Shown here one piece after another: positions 12,290 to 26,184 of a DNA stretch of 64,000 bases. Position numbers and translations under genes: made by a program. The DNA comes from Ruditapes philippinarum (taxonomy: Eukaryota). A model generated the notes under the pieces. It was not told where the DNA came from and did not search any database. It saw only the letters and a list, made by a program, of their open reading frames with translations. Numbering within the stretch: position 1 is the first letter of the stretch; each line of letters opens with the position of its first letter. The stretch spans positions 62,001-126,000 of the forward strand of contig NW_026861320.1 of assembly GCF_026571515.1 (NCBI RefSeq). The letters are read 5' to 3'.

Positions 12290-15200
12290 TTTACAAATCC
12301 TCCTGATGATTTACACTTTCAGCTTTCATTGTTCTCCAAAATCAAACAGGTCCTTAATTAAAGTCCCAGTAAAGATTTATCATTGAAACAATTTGGTTTT
12401 TGCAAATGCTAAATTATGAAAGGAATAGAATTGTAAAAATAATAAAATTACTGATTAAAATTCAATTGAATCAGCTTACTTAGTAAACCTCTGCTTAATA
12501 CTAATACTCTTGCAAATAACGTATTCAGCATCATAATGGCAACTTGAAATTACATAGAAAGAATGTCCAACATTTCGTATCAGCAAATCATTCATAAAAT
12601 TTGTGAATAAATATAGAACATTAAAATTATAAACCTAGTTTCATAACTCGTCTAAACCAACAGGTTAAAATCGGATTTTTCTATATGATATGATTTAAAA
12701 AGATATGCTATCATTCATTGACATTGTTTACATAACTGATAACACTAAAATATTGTTAGTGTGAGAACGAAATGAAAAAAAAAATCAGCATATGTACTCG
12801 TATATAACATGAAATACAAAATCAACAAGGAAGAGGGGTATTCAAACCCCAAACAAGGACCACCAGTAAGGAGCCAAGCAGGACATCGAACGTTACAGGT
12901 AATATAGATAAATCACGGACCGGATGTCATTTAAAAAGAAAATCATAGAAGCCAACAGGATAACCTAATACGAAAATGAACCAAAGGACTCACACAGGAA
13001 AAAGGTTGCAGGTAAAGGGCAAGGCGGAGGGCCGCGCTAAATTGAACAAATAAAGAAAAAAACAACTAGTATGAAATAAAATTGAAGATTCTTGCAATAG
13101 ACTAGATGTACAAGAATTGACACAAAGTGTCATTAAAGATTGAATGTAACAATAAACAAAACATACATATTAAAGAATAGAGGGCGCCGCCGATGAAGGG
13201 TCAGCAGCATATCAACACTCCCTCTGTGTAAAAAACGCTTAATTGTACACAAAACCTCACATTTAGCTCAAACATGATCTTTTTAATCAAACCATGTGAA
13301 TAAAATAAATCTCTGCCATCTGTAAACATACTTGAACATTAAGCATGCTGTATGTCTTAATAAGGTAGGATCATAACCCTTTCAAAAATATGATGAATGA
13401 TTTATGTCAAAAAAGAAAATTATGATGTCCAAAGATGTTACATTTTTTTGTAAACCGTATCCCTATCAAAATTAATTTTTTATACACCACAACATCAGGA
13501 TAAAAGTGTCGCCTTATAGCTGTTAAAAGTTATCCCATACTAACTTCTCCGATGTTATATTTTCTGGTCCCTCGGGATATTGTTTAAAGCTCTTGTTAGT
13601 GTTGAAAATTAAAACACTGATAAAGCTGTTTATCAGACAATACAATAGACATGTATTCATATTGAGGAGAAAGAAAATTGACATTTTATACATAAAAAGA
13701 TATTACATACTTCGTCTATTATATCATAAGACGGTACTATCTTTTGTTTCAACCCAAAGTCTGGCTAGATGGATATGCTCATAATTTTGAAACGCATTTA
13801 TTGTTCTTGACAATAATAGGCTTGATAATTTATTTAACAAAATAGAAAAAAAATGATTCGAATAACAAAAAAAATGTCCTATATAAGTATGTTTAAAGGC
13901 AAATGTAATTACTTGTTTAAAGGAATTTTGTATAAAACAAATGATACATTTTCCCATGTACGTCAAACATTACATCAATTTAATATCAGTCGGTATCATA
14001 AATAAACAAGACAAAATTAAAATCTGATGAAATCAGCAATTTATATCAATAAATACTTAAACCAAAACCAGGACTAGATAGATGATAATGTACAGTTATT
14101 TTAAACCACAAAAGCAGGTGGCAAGTTGCCCCATACTCCTCTCTTTAGTGTTTGTATGTTTTTCCTTGCCCTTCGAGTTGATTGCTTCCAGCACATTTAG
14201 TTTGAATATTGAACACATGAATACAGCTTTGGCTAGAAGTGTGATGATTGTTGCAGTTTTCCACTATCAACTCAGTCATAGACTGAATCAAACTGAGTCA
14301 ATTTCCATGTAATTGTATTGTTTAATTGCTTCCAAGTGATCTCCCTTTCCAGATTTTTTCCCATTTATATGACCTACAGTTTTCTTATAAATATGTTTTT
14401 AAAATGCAAAAATTGGTTCGATATTCATATATTACGATGAAGGTTATTGGTGTTCTAATGCACTGCAATATGTTTTACTGTTTAATGTTTTATGAGGGTA
14501 ATGTCATTCAATGAAATATGAGAGCAAACAAAACTCAATCAATAATTTTCAATCTTGATCGCTCTTTAATTAAGATTGACTCAGTATGCTTATAATTCTG
14601 TGTTGCTTGATTTAATGATACAATACATAAGAATATATCTCTTCTTTACTGACTTTAAATTAACCTCTATTTTTTGCTCTATATTTTGCATGTACGAACT
14701 ATCGATACGATATTTCTAATCATTCAAAACAGAAAGAAACATATATCTAGAAATAAACATGGACTGTAATAAATTAGTTTTAAATTTTGGGGACACAAAA
14801 AATAATATAAGTATAAAACAATATGTACATTTTTGCAGTTCAGAAACCGGAAGTTGACAGATCATATGATTAAAGTGAAAAAATTGCTATATCAATACAA
14901 AACTTTGATAATGCTTTTTATTTCTGTGTAAACATTAAGTGCCTTAGAATATGGTAAATTACTTTATATATGTTTGCCTTTGATTTATTTCATGAACAAC
15001 AAAATTGACATGTTTATTTTTTCAAAGAAAAATATCAGTTTGTATGTCTTATTGAATGACACGATTCTCCAAATTACCACGAACGACGTCTTTATAGATT
15101 TACTACAATCTATGTTGTTATTTTGCTTAAGCTTCTTCATTATTCATATGGATAATAAAAAAATACGGTTGTTTATGTAACAAATAAACGTGCATAAAAA

Positions 15201-18160
15201 TCCGAAGATGATTATTACTATTCGCATTCACTGTTCTGCAAAATCAATTTGGCCCGCATTCAAAGTCCCAAGCTAAATTTATCAGTAAGACCATTTATTG
15301 TAAATGATCAATATTAAATGAAATAAGTGAAATAATTAGGAAATAAACTAAGTAAAATTACAATTAAAGTGAATCAACTTACTTAGTGAATCTTTGTGTT
15401 TATCTGCTAATTACTAATACTTTTTCAAGCTAAGTATTAAAAGCCACTATAGCAATTAATAACATAGGAAGAATTTACAAACTTTCGTATCAACAAAATC
15501 ATTTATTAATTATATTAATATATATATAATGCACTATAAATAACATTTTATAACTTGTCTACAACATCAGCTTTAATCGGACTTATCAAGATGATATGAC
15601 TTAAAAAGATATTCTATCATTTATTAAAATGTGTTCAAATACCTGATTATATTATTATAATGTTAGTGAGCTTACAAAATAATTTTTCAGTGACTCGTAT
15701 TATTTCACCCAAAGACAAGTATGATTGCTATAGATTACTTGAATTGAAAGTAAAACTCCTTATTATCCCCGCTCAAAGCCACAAATTCTTGTATCATGAA
15801 TGGTGTTGTCCAGTTAAAGTAATATACTTTACTTTTAACCCTGCTCAACCTTCCCTGAAAATCAATCGAGACTTCTATATTTAACAGAAGAAACAGGTTC
15901 AGTATGATTAACCCTGTTTATGGGCGGTACCGGAAAACGCAATGTACCGTCCATCCCCCTAGCACCGGCAAAGATTAACGGGGTTATAATTTAAATTTGG
16001 GATCATCGGTTTATGTGTTCATACGGTGGTGAGCGTAGAATGGTCAATGTTCCATGTCTGTGATATTCCCAGAAAAGTGGCTTACGGTCCCCAAGTTAAA
16101 GAATGTATTTGCCATAAACGAGAAAACAATGGGCATAAATGAATCTGATCTTTTGAAATGCTTGGCATTGAAAATATAAAATAATACCAACTATCTTTTT
16201 TTTTAATAGACTTGTTTTATGTAGATTTGTCATTCCCTTAAAAGTGGCTTACGGTCCCCAATTTAAAGAATGTATTTGCCATAAACGAGAAAACAATGGG
16301 CATAAATGAATAAAATGGAATATTTTGTAACAATATAATATTCATCCTTTACTTTTTTATTTTTTGAAATGATTGACATTGAAAATATAAAATAATACCA
16401 ACTATCTTTTTTTTTTTAAATAGACTTGTTTTATTTAGATTTGTTTCAGTGTGATATACAAGTTATCAATAATGCTTTTAATCACTTATATATAAAGAGA
16501 AACATAATTGTTAGAAACATAGTCTGTCGGTAAACAAAATTAATACACGGTTAGAACTGCGATCGACCATCTTTTTTATTCTACAAGAGACTTCCTTTTG
16601 ATTACAAAAGTACTACTCACTCGCAGTAGAAAAACATATGTCGATAGTAAATAAACTATTCTCAATTTAGCCTTAGAATAAAACCTTTACAAATTTTGAT
16701 AATGACATGTACATGTAAGATTATATTTTTTTCTATAAAGAAAAGCTTAAACAAAATATTTTGACTCTTTTAGAATTACTATCTAAACAATTTAACCGTA
16801 TATGGACGTGGGGTGTTATATGTGTGAATGCATATGCTATATACATGATATATGTGAATGTATTATATGTTTATACTAAATTACACCGGTAAAACAATAT
16901 GTAGATTACGTAAAACTACATTTTAATACATGCAAATATATACATACAGATAGATAAATATGTACATCTCTTCCATCACGAGACGGTTAATTTATTTCCA
17001 CAAAAAGTCTGGCTAGATAGATTTGTTCATAATTTCGAAACGCATTTCCCTGACTGAAAAGAAAGATAATTTAAATGGCAAATTCGAAAATGAAATATGA
17101 AAAGCAATAGATAGAGTCTTAAATTAGTATATTTCAAAGGCAAATTACTTACTTGTTTAAAGATGGAATGTTGTATGAAACAAATAAAACCTTACGGTTG
17201 ACTTTCTATTGTATGTCAAACATTACATTGATGCAATATCAGTTGCTATCATAAATAAATAAGATGAACATAAAATTTGATAAAATCAACAATTTAAATA
17301 ATGAAATACGTAAATTAAAATCAAGATAAATTAGATAGTAAAGTAGCAATTTCATACGCCACAACAGAAGGTTTCAAGAGCAACGTGGCAGCTGTAAAAG
17401 GCTGTACTACACTTCATTGTTGTTATGTTTTCGTGATAATTTCTTTGACCAAATTTAGTTTTGAAAATTAAATACCGCTTAAGCTGGTGATACAGGCATG
17501 AAGAGTGATGCATTTTCCTACTATCACAAACAAACATACTGCTACTGTGGTTTTCTCATCCCCCCCGAGTGACCCCCCTGCAAGATATTTATCATCAGAA
17601 TTGAACTGAATACTAGTACCTAGTTTCATGGGACACATTACAGGAATTGAAGGCCTGAAAATTAAAATTATTCGAAAGCTTTATCACAAACAGTTTATAT
17701 GACCTCCATTTTTTATAATAAATATGTTCTTCAAAGTTCTAAAATAAGCTTTAAGATTTGTGTTCCGATAAAGAATATTGGATTAATGCACCACAGTGTG
17801 CTTTACATTTCAATGAAATATAAGAGCAAACAAAACTGAATCAGTAACTGTCAATCTTGTTCGCTCTTAATATATATTTACTCTAGCTTGATTTTATAAC
17901 ACAATACGTAAGGATAAGTCTCTTTATTACTGATAATAACGTCATCTCTTAAATTTGTAATATGTTATTTTAAATAGCACGAATGCTCGATATTTCGAAT
18001 CATTTAAATAATAAAAAACATAATTAATGAAATAAACATGGACTGTAATAAATAAGTTTTAACTTTTTAGTACATAAACAAGTATATAAGGGTAAAATAA
18101 TATAAAATATTTTTGGCAGTTCAGAAACTAGAAGTTGAAAGATCACATGATTTAAGTGAT
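12290..18160 (+). repeat. Local tandem duplication (12290-12760 ~ 15200-15670; 13750-14880 ~ 16995-18160)
   Basis: Shared strings such as aaagtctggctagat, tcaatgaaatat.agagcaaacaaaact, gaaataaacatggactgtaataaat and gcagttcagaaac..gaagttga occur in the same order. Confidence 0.8.
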
Positions 18161-18622
18161 ATCACATCAAATAGTTTCATTGTTTACTGATAAAATTAAA
18201 TATAATAAAGTCTTGGTTAGTTTATCAGACAAATTTAATAATATTAATGTCCTATTTATATGTACAAATTAATGCAGATAATTTTGTACATTTACACATC
18301 ATAAAATATTGCATGTAAACAAAGTAAATATCCGCTTTAATGTGTACTCCCTAACCGATTGTCCGAAAGTTAGTACATGTGATGGAGTGGTGATTAGGTA
18401 AAATCTATTTTAAGAACAGTGTTTCCTTCAGATCGAAGGCTATTTTTTATTGTTTAGATTGATTAGATAATAGATGCTGGGCTAGTTTTAGATAATTTTA
18501 ACCCTTTCATATGTTTAATTACAAATCATTTTGTTATCTCTGCTTTGAATTACTTCATGTTATAATGTAATAAAGGCACTAGGAATTTAATATGAGAATA
18601 GATTATACTTAATATGTGTATG

Positions 18623-18625
<3 letters not shown>

Positions 18626-18653
<28 letters not shown>
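18626..18653. repeat. (AT)n microsatellite
   Basis: Perfect AT run. Confidence 0.95.
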
Positions 18654-18656
<3 letters not shown>

Positions 18657-19079
18657 CGAATGGTATTGGTAACAAAAAAGGTAGTTTATACACCTGTAAC
18701 GAGATAATTCAATATACGAACTCATGGATAATGGTAATGAAGAAAGAAATAGAGAAAAACGGAATCCCTAAAGAACGCACACAACAATAAGAAAACAAAT
18801 GTTGCAAACTCGGTTTCATGGATGGTATTAGAAAATACAAGTTACCGTCCAAGCCCCCCATACCGACTTTAAACATTTAATTATGTACGAAATGATAGGC
18901 CCAGTTCACCTCACAAGCGTTTGGCAAGATGTACTAAACGTTTTTCTATGTTGATCAATATGTCATATAAAAGTTTATATAAACAAGAAGTAACTTAAGG
19001 AAGACAACAAGCCGCTACATCCTTACAACTAGAACGCCTGTATTCATATTGTCAGTTATCTGCCACGCCCACTCTTATT

Positions 19080-19277
19080 TTAATGCACGTCTGGACCAAA
19101 CTGTGAGCTTACTAGTATACAGATATGAAACTTTGCAGCGTTATGTCTGCGTCATATTTTCGGAGATGACAGATAAGACTTAAAAGCAGCATCCATCCTG
19201 TTTTCTTGCTCCATACACTGACCTAGAAGATTAAGTACTGTTTCTTTGTGTCTGAAATGTTACTCCTCTACAATGCG
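19080..19277 (-). pseudogene. Relic of a third cGLR: C-terminal TPR segment only
   Basis: Translates RIVEE*HFRHKETVLNLLGQCMEQENRMDAAFKSYLSSPKI*RRHNAAKFHICILVSSQFGPDVH*, matching the last ~65 aa of both cGLRs, with two in-frame stops. Confidence 0.9.
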
Positions 19278-19905
19278 TTAAGTACTAAATATATTATGTA
19301 TCATTTTTTTATTTTGTGTTGGAAATGAAGGAATTGAGTTAAAAGCATATTTCAAATATTAAAACATGTTTCAAATGACAAATACTGTAGTTTACATGGT
19401 TTGGAGAGGTAGGAGGGTTGTAGAGTGTGTAAGGGGGGAGGGGTAGTGGGTGAGGGGTGATGGCGGCTGTAGTGAACAATCAACGCGCCGGACAACTATG
19501 GTTTAACCCTGATCATAAGAAATGACCAAATATGTTTCAATTACTGCATTTTTTCCAGGAGGTGTCTTTGAACTCTTTTATTGCTAAAAGTATGTAACAC
19601 CAGATGTTAGCCAAAATCATCCCTCATGTTCCGGCACCATATGACTTAAAATTTGTTGGTGCCCCATAAAACAAAATCAAACCAAACAAACATTACTTAT
19701 TTTGAAAATTCCTTTTTAATGTTGAATTATTTTGTCCAGAATGAAAAGAATGAAATATAGACAAGTATTTAGCGTGTTAATGGTAGAAATACCATCATTT
19801 AAGCTTCATTTAATCAGTTGATAAAAATAATTTAAAGTAAAGGATGTAAAAATGAAAAATTACTGTTAGATCATTGGAAAGATATTCAATATATCAATAT
19901 TACAG

Positions 19906-20010
19906 AATGGTAGCACACCTTTGTTGCGAGCTTATGAGAATGAAGTTGATACACGAAATATTTATTGGTTTATTAAAACAAGGGGAGGCTACTCACTCAT
20001 GGACATGAAT
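19906..20010 (+). CDS. Probable upstream exon of the ankyrin-repeat gene
   Basis: Acceptor tacag| followed by NGSTPLLRAYENEVDTRNIYWFIKTRGGYSLMDMN (ankyrin G-x-TPL start). No clean phase-0 donor is visible. Confidence 0.5.
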
Positions 20011-22931
20011 TGTGATGGTTTTACACATTGTCCCTTTAGGAGAACACTTCTACGTTAAAAATGCAATAAGCATACATACAATAAAATCATTGACCCTCTA
20101 TTTTTAATTTTTAGGGGATTCGTCATATATGTTAAGAAATTTAAAAAAAAAATGTCTATGTTTATCATTTATAAATTTAATAATACAAAGCTTTATTTAA
20201 AGATGTACTATGCTCATCTTTTGGTAAAATAATTTTATCTAAGAAATGCATTGAGATCCATGAGATTCTTACTGAATATGTTTAATTTGAATGAAATAAT
20301 GAATAAACTATGTATGGGAAGTTGCATTTCCTATTACGAGTCAAGTTAAATTGGTCTTTCTAAAAAATCTCCCAGTTTTTTTAATGACAATATATATTCA
20401 TATGGTGACTACATATAGTGTGTAGAGTTCAAAACAAAACATATCTACCTTAAATGAATTCCAAACATGTTTATTTTATACATACAAAGAGACTGTGTAG
20501 CAATTATTGATATTTTTAAAAATACAATTTGGGCATAGTATATCTTTAAAAAGCCCGGTAAATCTGCTTTTTAATGAGCTAATATTTACTTGCTCTAATA
20601 TATTGTAGTGTGTTTTACTACCTTGCTTTAAAGTTAAAACGCGTGTGTTGTTCTGTTAATTGTAAGAGTATAACTAACAGTGATTTTTAGAGTACCAGAC
20701 AGTAACGTGGTTCTAAATTTAGAAAGTAAAAAATCACTTCAGCCTTCGTGTTTTTCATTTAAGCTGCTTATTTATCAACTAAAATATCAAATATTCATTT
20801 TTAGTTTCCCATTTTTTGTCATCCAATGGAAACGCTGCATTGTTAAATATTCCGAGTGTTAATTTTTATAGAAGAACAAAAGTCGATACTTTATGGAATT
20901 CCGTTCATAGTCAACTTCGTTTTTCAGAGTGCTTCATAGAACCGCTTAGTGACGTATTTAAGTGAATTATGAGGCCAAATAAAGCTTGACACTAAGTATC
21001 ATGTTAGTATGTAGCTGTTCTACATAATTAGAAACATTATCCTGTCGCTATCGCTCCCATCGAAATTTCTAATTTCTGAAGAACAGCACGGATGAACAAA
21101 AACTCTTAAGCCGAATCTGGAATTGTTAGGTAATTTTGTTGTGTTAAATGGTTCCAACAGATTTTTCACACACTGAATTCTGTGACCAACCTATATATAG
21201 TCGAATAATTATCTCATGAATGTTCTAAATAACGTAATTTATTGTATGAAAACCATTGATGTTTTTCCCTCATTTTATGATGCTTGAATAGAAATTACCT
21301 TTTTACACTTGAAACCTCTCACATGTCAAGTCTCCTACTACATGTACTAAAATTACATCGTTACTTAAAGGAGTTATATGATTGCTTAATTTATTTGATT
21401 TACAGGAATATATTCAACAAATGGTTTGTATATAGTCATTACACAGAACAACGTGTTAATCAGATTAGATAATTCAAATATTGTTTGGAATTCAATGATA
21501 TAATCAAGTTTCAAACCTTTTTATTTTTCTGTTTTTTTTTTAAATGAAATAAAATACGTTAGGATATGTAAAAATCAATGAATTGTTTACAATTAAGTAC
21601 TGGATTACCAGTTAAGATTGTATTTCTGATTGGTTAAAATATTACAGCTGTGGATATGATTTTTAAGAATTCATTAAACTTCAAAGAAATACAATATGTC
21701 TTCCAAATGACATAAAACAGTAAAAAAATGAAATCAGAGTGATATCCTGGTTTGTAATGTTTCAATTATGGTAACATGCCAAGAAAACGTATGAAATTTG
21801 ATTGTTCCGATTTAAAAGCCTTTGCTATAAACTGTTTCTTTGCTCAATTTCTACTTTATATGAAAAAGAAAAATCCCTTACTTTTATAATACAGATTTAC
21901 ATTACATGCTTTATATGACCGTGATCTTTTTCTGACACTGCAGTCATTACTTGAAATGAAAATAAGTAATCTTTATCTGTTGATAAACATTTTATTTCAA
22001 GTAAAGTATACATAGCTAGATATATTAATCTGTGCCGGTAAGCTTTCTTTAACCCACATTGTGACATGAACCAAATGTTTAGAGTAGCAACTGCATATGA
22101 ATTAAAGGTGTCTGCGATCGGTCTTTATGTAAACGCGTGTACAAAAATGTTTTTCAGAATCATTTAATATTAAAAAAAGTTAGCTATCAAACCTTTTAGA
22201 ATTTTTTTATATAAAATAGGTCTTCCTATAAGAGACCACAAGTGCTTATAATAGACAGATTTGTTTTCTTGATTCAATTATTGGATTATCACTGTATATT
22301 AGCTTATAGAATCCTCAAGTAGGCCTCAAACAAATTTGCATTTTAGTTGATCTTTGAATGGTCCACTTGCTAATTAATGCTTTCCTTTCATGATTTGATG
22401 GATCAATCATCATTGAACCAATAAAGTCTGTATCTTAGTCTTTGCAATCTTTAGAATATTTAATCTTTAGACAGGACTAACTTGATAATGTTTTCTCTAA
22501 AGAACCCGGTAATACCCCTGAAATGGCTCCAGAGCTTATACAGATTTATCTATTGTGACATAATGACCTAGCCAGCAACATGTTTTTCATATAGGGCAGT
22601 CTTTCGCAATCCTGTCTTTCTCTATTTTTTGATCATAATTTCATTAACGTGATTTGTACATAATTGACCATTGATTTGTTTTAGCATGGTTAAATATCAA
22701 ATTGAATACAATGATGTTAAAATGTAAAGTTAGTTTCACTTTTACCCGTGAACTCACCAGTGACATTTAGATGGGCATACTGTCATCACTTAAAAAATAC
22801 TTTATACGGACCATCATTTACATAAATAAGGTGTCATAAATAATAATAATAATAATAAAAAAAACAAAAAAAAAACAAAAAAAACTAGATACGAGATTTT
22901 TACTGTAAGAACGCATTGATATCATTTCCAG

Positions 22932-25900
22932 ACTGGAGATTCTTTGGAACAGAAGCTAACCAAGGTTGCTAAAGAGCATCATGTTTCAACATGGATAGAT
23001 GTTAACCAAACACAGGTACATTATATACGTTGACTTTCTTTCCAGATTTTTATACTTCACAAAACAGCAGGTGTCAAGTGCTGTGTGGCAGCAGTAAAAA
23101 GTTGCCCCGTACTTCACTTCAGTGTTGTTATATTTTTCTGGTCCTTCGGGATCATTGATGCCAGCACTATTAAGTGTTGAGAATTGAGTACCGCTCAAGC
23201 CGGTGCTGGGGGCGTGAGAGATGTTGCACTTATTCATTATCTCTCATGTACAGACTCAATCAAACCGAGTCTGCAATTCTCTTGTAATTTTGTTGTGATT
23301 AATGCTTCCGAGGGATCACTTTCTTTCCAGATTTCTAAACGCAAATAACTTTATTTAGATGAAATGATCAATCCAGTTTGATCAGTACAATTTCACTTTA
23401 TTGCTAAGATTAATTTTATGAGTAGAGTGTTGTACTGCATTTCAGTCCTTTTGTCGTTCTGTTGTTTCAAATGCTACGGAAAAGTATTTTCTAGAAAGAA
23501 GCACGTATTTCACAAAATAGAAAATTTTGTCAAACTTTAAATTTTTGCTCAAATTAAATATTAAATAGACCGTATACTAAAAAAATTGACTAATGCTAAT
23601 TAATATATCTTGCTTTTATTTCAGAACAATGCTATAGCCTTGTTTGAAGCCGCAGCAACTGGGGATGTTAAAAAAGTTTTTCAGTATAATAACGCTAATT
23701 ACCAAGACAAGGTGAACCATTTTGTTATTGTCTATTTTCTTTAATGCATTTACATTTGTATATCATATGATTATTTGCTGTCATTTTCTGGGGATATATT
23801 ATAATTTCTTTGATCTTCTTTCAATGTATTTTCTTTCACAAAATCACAAAATATTCTTACTTGGTAACAGGTAGAGAAAATAGAGTTTTTAGAAAGTCCA
23901 AAGAAGACCTTTAGAAAACAGTAATTCAATAAATTAAGGATAGAATAATTTAAGTATTGGAGTCACGTATTGTTTTGAATTTCAAATGTAAATTCAATGC
24001 ATGCTGTGCTTATAAAATACTTTCATATTAAAGGAAAGCTAAGAAATAGGTACTCTTTACTACAAGACTAATCAAAACCTGAAATTTGAATAATTTTGCA
24101 TTTCTCGTTTTTTAGTTCTATTAGCGTCATAAAATTTAACTTGTTAGAAATAAGAACATGGTAATAACTTTTTAATTATTCAGGAAAGCCATTAAGGCAG
24201 ACCAACAAGATACATGTATGACAAAAATGTGTCCAAATATGCTTAAAAACACAAACAGAAAAAAACAGCTGTAAGAAATATAAACTTTAATCTGATGAAG
24301 TTTCAAAATTTTATTAATATATTATTGATGAATTGCTGATTTTTACTTTTAGAATGGGTTTACTGCTTTAACAAGAGCAATAGTATTCAACCAGTTTGAT
24401 GCAGCTAGAGAACTTTGTACCAGAAGGCCTGCCTTGAGAAAAATAGGAGACAACGTAAGTCTACGCCTTATCAATGTTTTAATATTTATTAATAATATGA
24501 TATAATTATTGTTAGGTTATGTATATTCGAAACAAAATCTCTTTCAAAGTTAAAGTTGCAGATGCAACCAAGACACAGCGATTTATACATGTCATAGCTG
24601 CAATTCATGCTGTGGAGTGATTCAGTTTAACCCTCAATTGTTTGCAAATAGTTTTCGAGGCATAGAAGGGCACGTGACTTGTTTTTGATTTTTTTGTACA
24701 TAGATTAGCTCTTGATCTCTAAACCGGGTATGGTTGTTAAATTTATCAGGTATAAAGCATGACTGCTTGTGTTTTCCTTCTTCATGAATCATTTTTATCA
24801 AACATTAAAAAACAAATAAAGTACGATGTGCAAACGCATTCGTCTTAAAAACCGTTTTGGCAAACAAAAAATACAAGTATAAGATGTCAAATGTATTTTT
24901 TCAGCCGGAAGATAATCTGGATTATCTCTCCTTATACTTAAAAAATGTTGTTTTTTTACAAAAAAATCAAAGATGAGATGTTGTTTGTTTTTCAGTGCAA
25001 TCGTTATCCACTACATTATGCCTATGCATTACCCAAGGAGCAAGGTGAACAGTTTATCAAAGTAATTTTAGAGAAAGATGCTAACGAGATTGAAAACAGG
25101 GTAGATAAAGTAAGGGATATTAAAAGCATTTCTGTATTTCATTGATCTATGGCCTAATATTACTTTTAAGAAAACACTTAATGATAACTCAATAGTCGAC
25201 AACTTCCGAATCAGGCTTTGAAACAAATTATTTGAACGTCTCTGTACGTATGCCAAATCAGGTAGCCTGGAAGTTTGGCCGAAGTAGGACACTGACATAC
25301 AATTCCAGATATAGAAGCAAATACCTTAATCTCACAACTGCTTAGATTACACAAAAATAAATCACAGCAACAAACACAAATCAAGAAATAACATTTATGT
25401 TTTCGTAATTAGATCAGAATTTATTTCAATTTTCAATTATTGATCAAGTTGTATATCTGATATAACTTTGAAAGTTAAAAAAAAAGAAATTGAACAACAG
25501 CAATTTTGTTTTATTTTTAAAGGATGGAAGGGTAGCAGCTGATTATGCAGAATTACGAGAAACAAAGGAGATAAAACAAATGTTGTACGATGCTAGAACA
25601 CTTGACTTGTTTGGAAAGGTAATGCTATTTCTCATTTTATATCAGTCAACGTGGAAGTTAACAAAAACGAACTTTCATCAGTTTGTTTTACTGTTTGTAG
25701 ATTTAGTTTAGTTTGCGTTCATTGAACGCCGCCTTTCCTTGTTGATCTTGTTTATCATATTTTAGATCGTTTTCGACTGCTTTTAAGTAAATAAGATATA
25801 CATGTATGTATAGTGAATAAATTCCAAATAATTCATTAAAAACTTTTAAACAAGATAAGTATTATGATTATTGTACAGCTAGATAAGTTCGTTTATCCAT

Positions 25901-26184
25901 TACATTAATCAATTATATTCATTAAATTCTTTTAGATAATCATGTGTATTCTCACTCATGAAGTCAGCGTTTCGTTTTTGCCGCTCCTCATTTGCCGATC
26001 CTTATTTGTCTTGCATATGTGTTTAGCAATTACTTGAATCCTTATTTTTGTTTTTCGTTATTTCACTGCACTGTTAATAGTTCCTTCTATGTTCTCTTTA
26101 AATGTTATGTATCATTTTCAGAGAGGACGACCATTAGGTCCGTGGCCAAAGGGTGCTGACCATATTCCTCCGACAGAACAATAA
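22932..26184 (+). CDS. Ankyrin-repeat protein, 3' part (exons 22932-23015, 23625-23711, 24353-24454, 24996-25109, 25523-25618, 26122-26184); start not found
   Basis: Six phase-0 exons with AG/GT boundaries join into one frame: TGDSLEQKL...[22 protein letters not shown]...[26 protein letters not shown]...[16 protein letters not shown]...[12 protein letters not shown]...[15 protein letters not shown]...EQ*. Ankyrin D-x-x-G-x-T-x-L pattern. AATAAA near 26666. Confidence 0.82.
23033..23334. repeat. ~290-bp interspersed repeat (copies at 6425-6670, 6756-6876 inverted, 13490-13630, 14100-14358, 17355-17525; related subfamily at 11330-11710, 18750-18870, 29180-29645)
   Basis: Shared strings tatttttctggtcc, gtgttga.aatt.a.taccgctcaag, ctcaatcaaaccga.tctgcaa and ctttccagatt. 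Confidence 0.75.

Noticed and set aside
21030-21129. Coding first exon of the ankyrin gene
   Set aside because: It has a donor (TAG|GTAATT) but stops in all three frames and no usable ATG.
22986-23237. Cys-rich 83-aa ORF as an antimicrobial peptide (also 17352-17537)
   Set aside because: It has no signal peptide, lies in an interspersed repeat antisense to the ankyrin gene, and its frame is not kept across copies.
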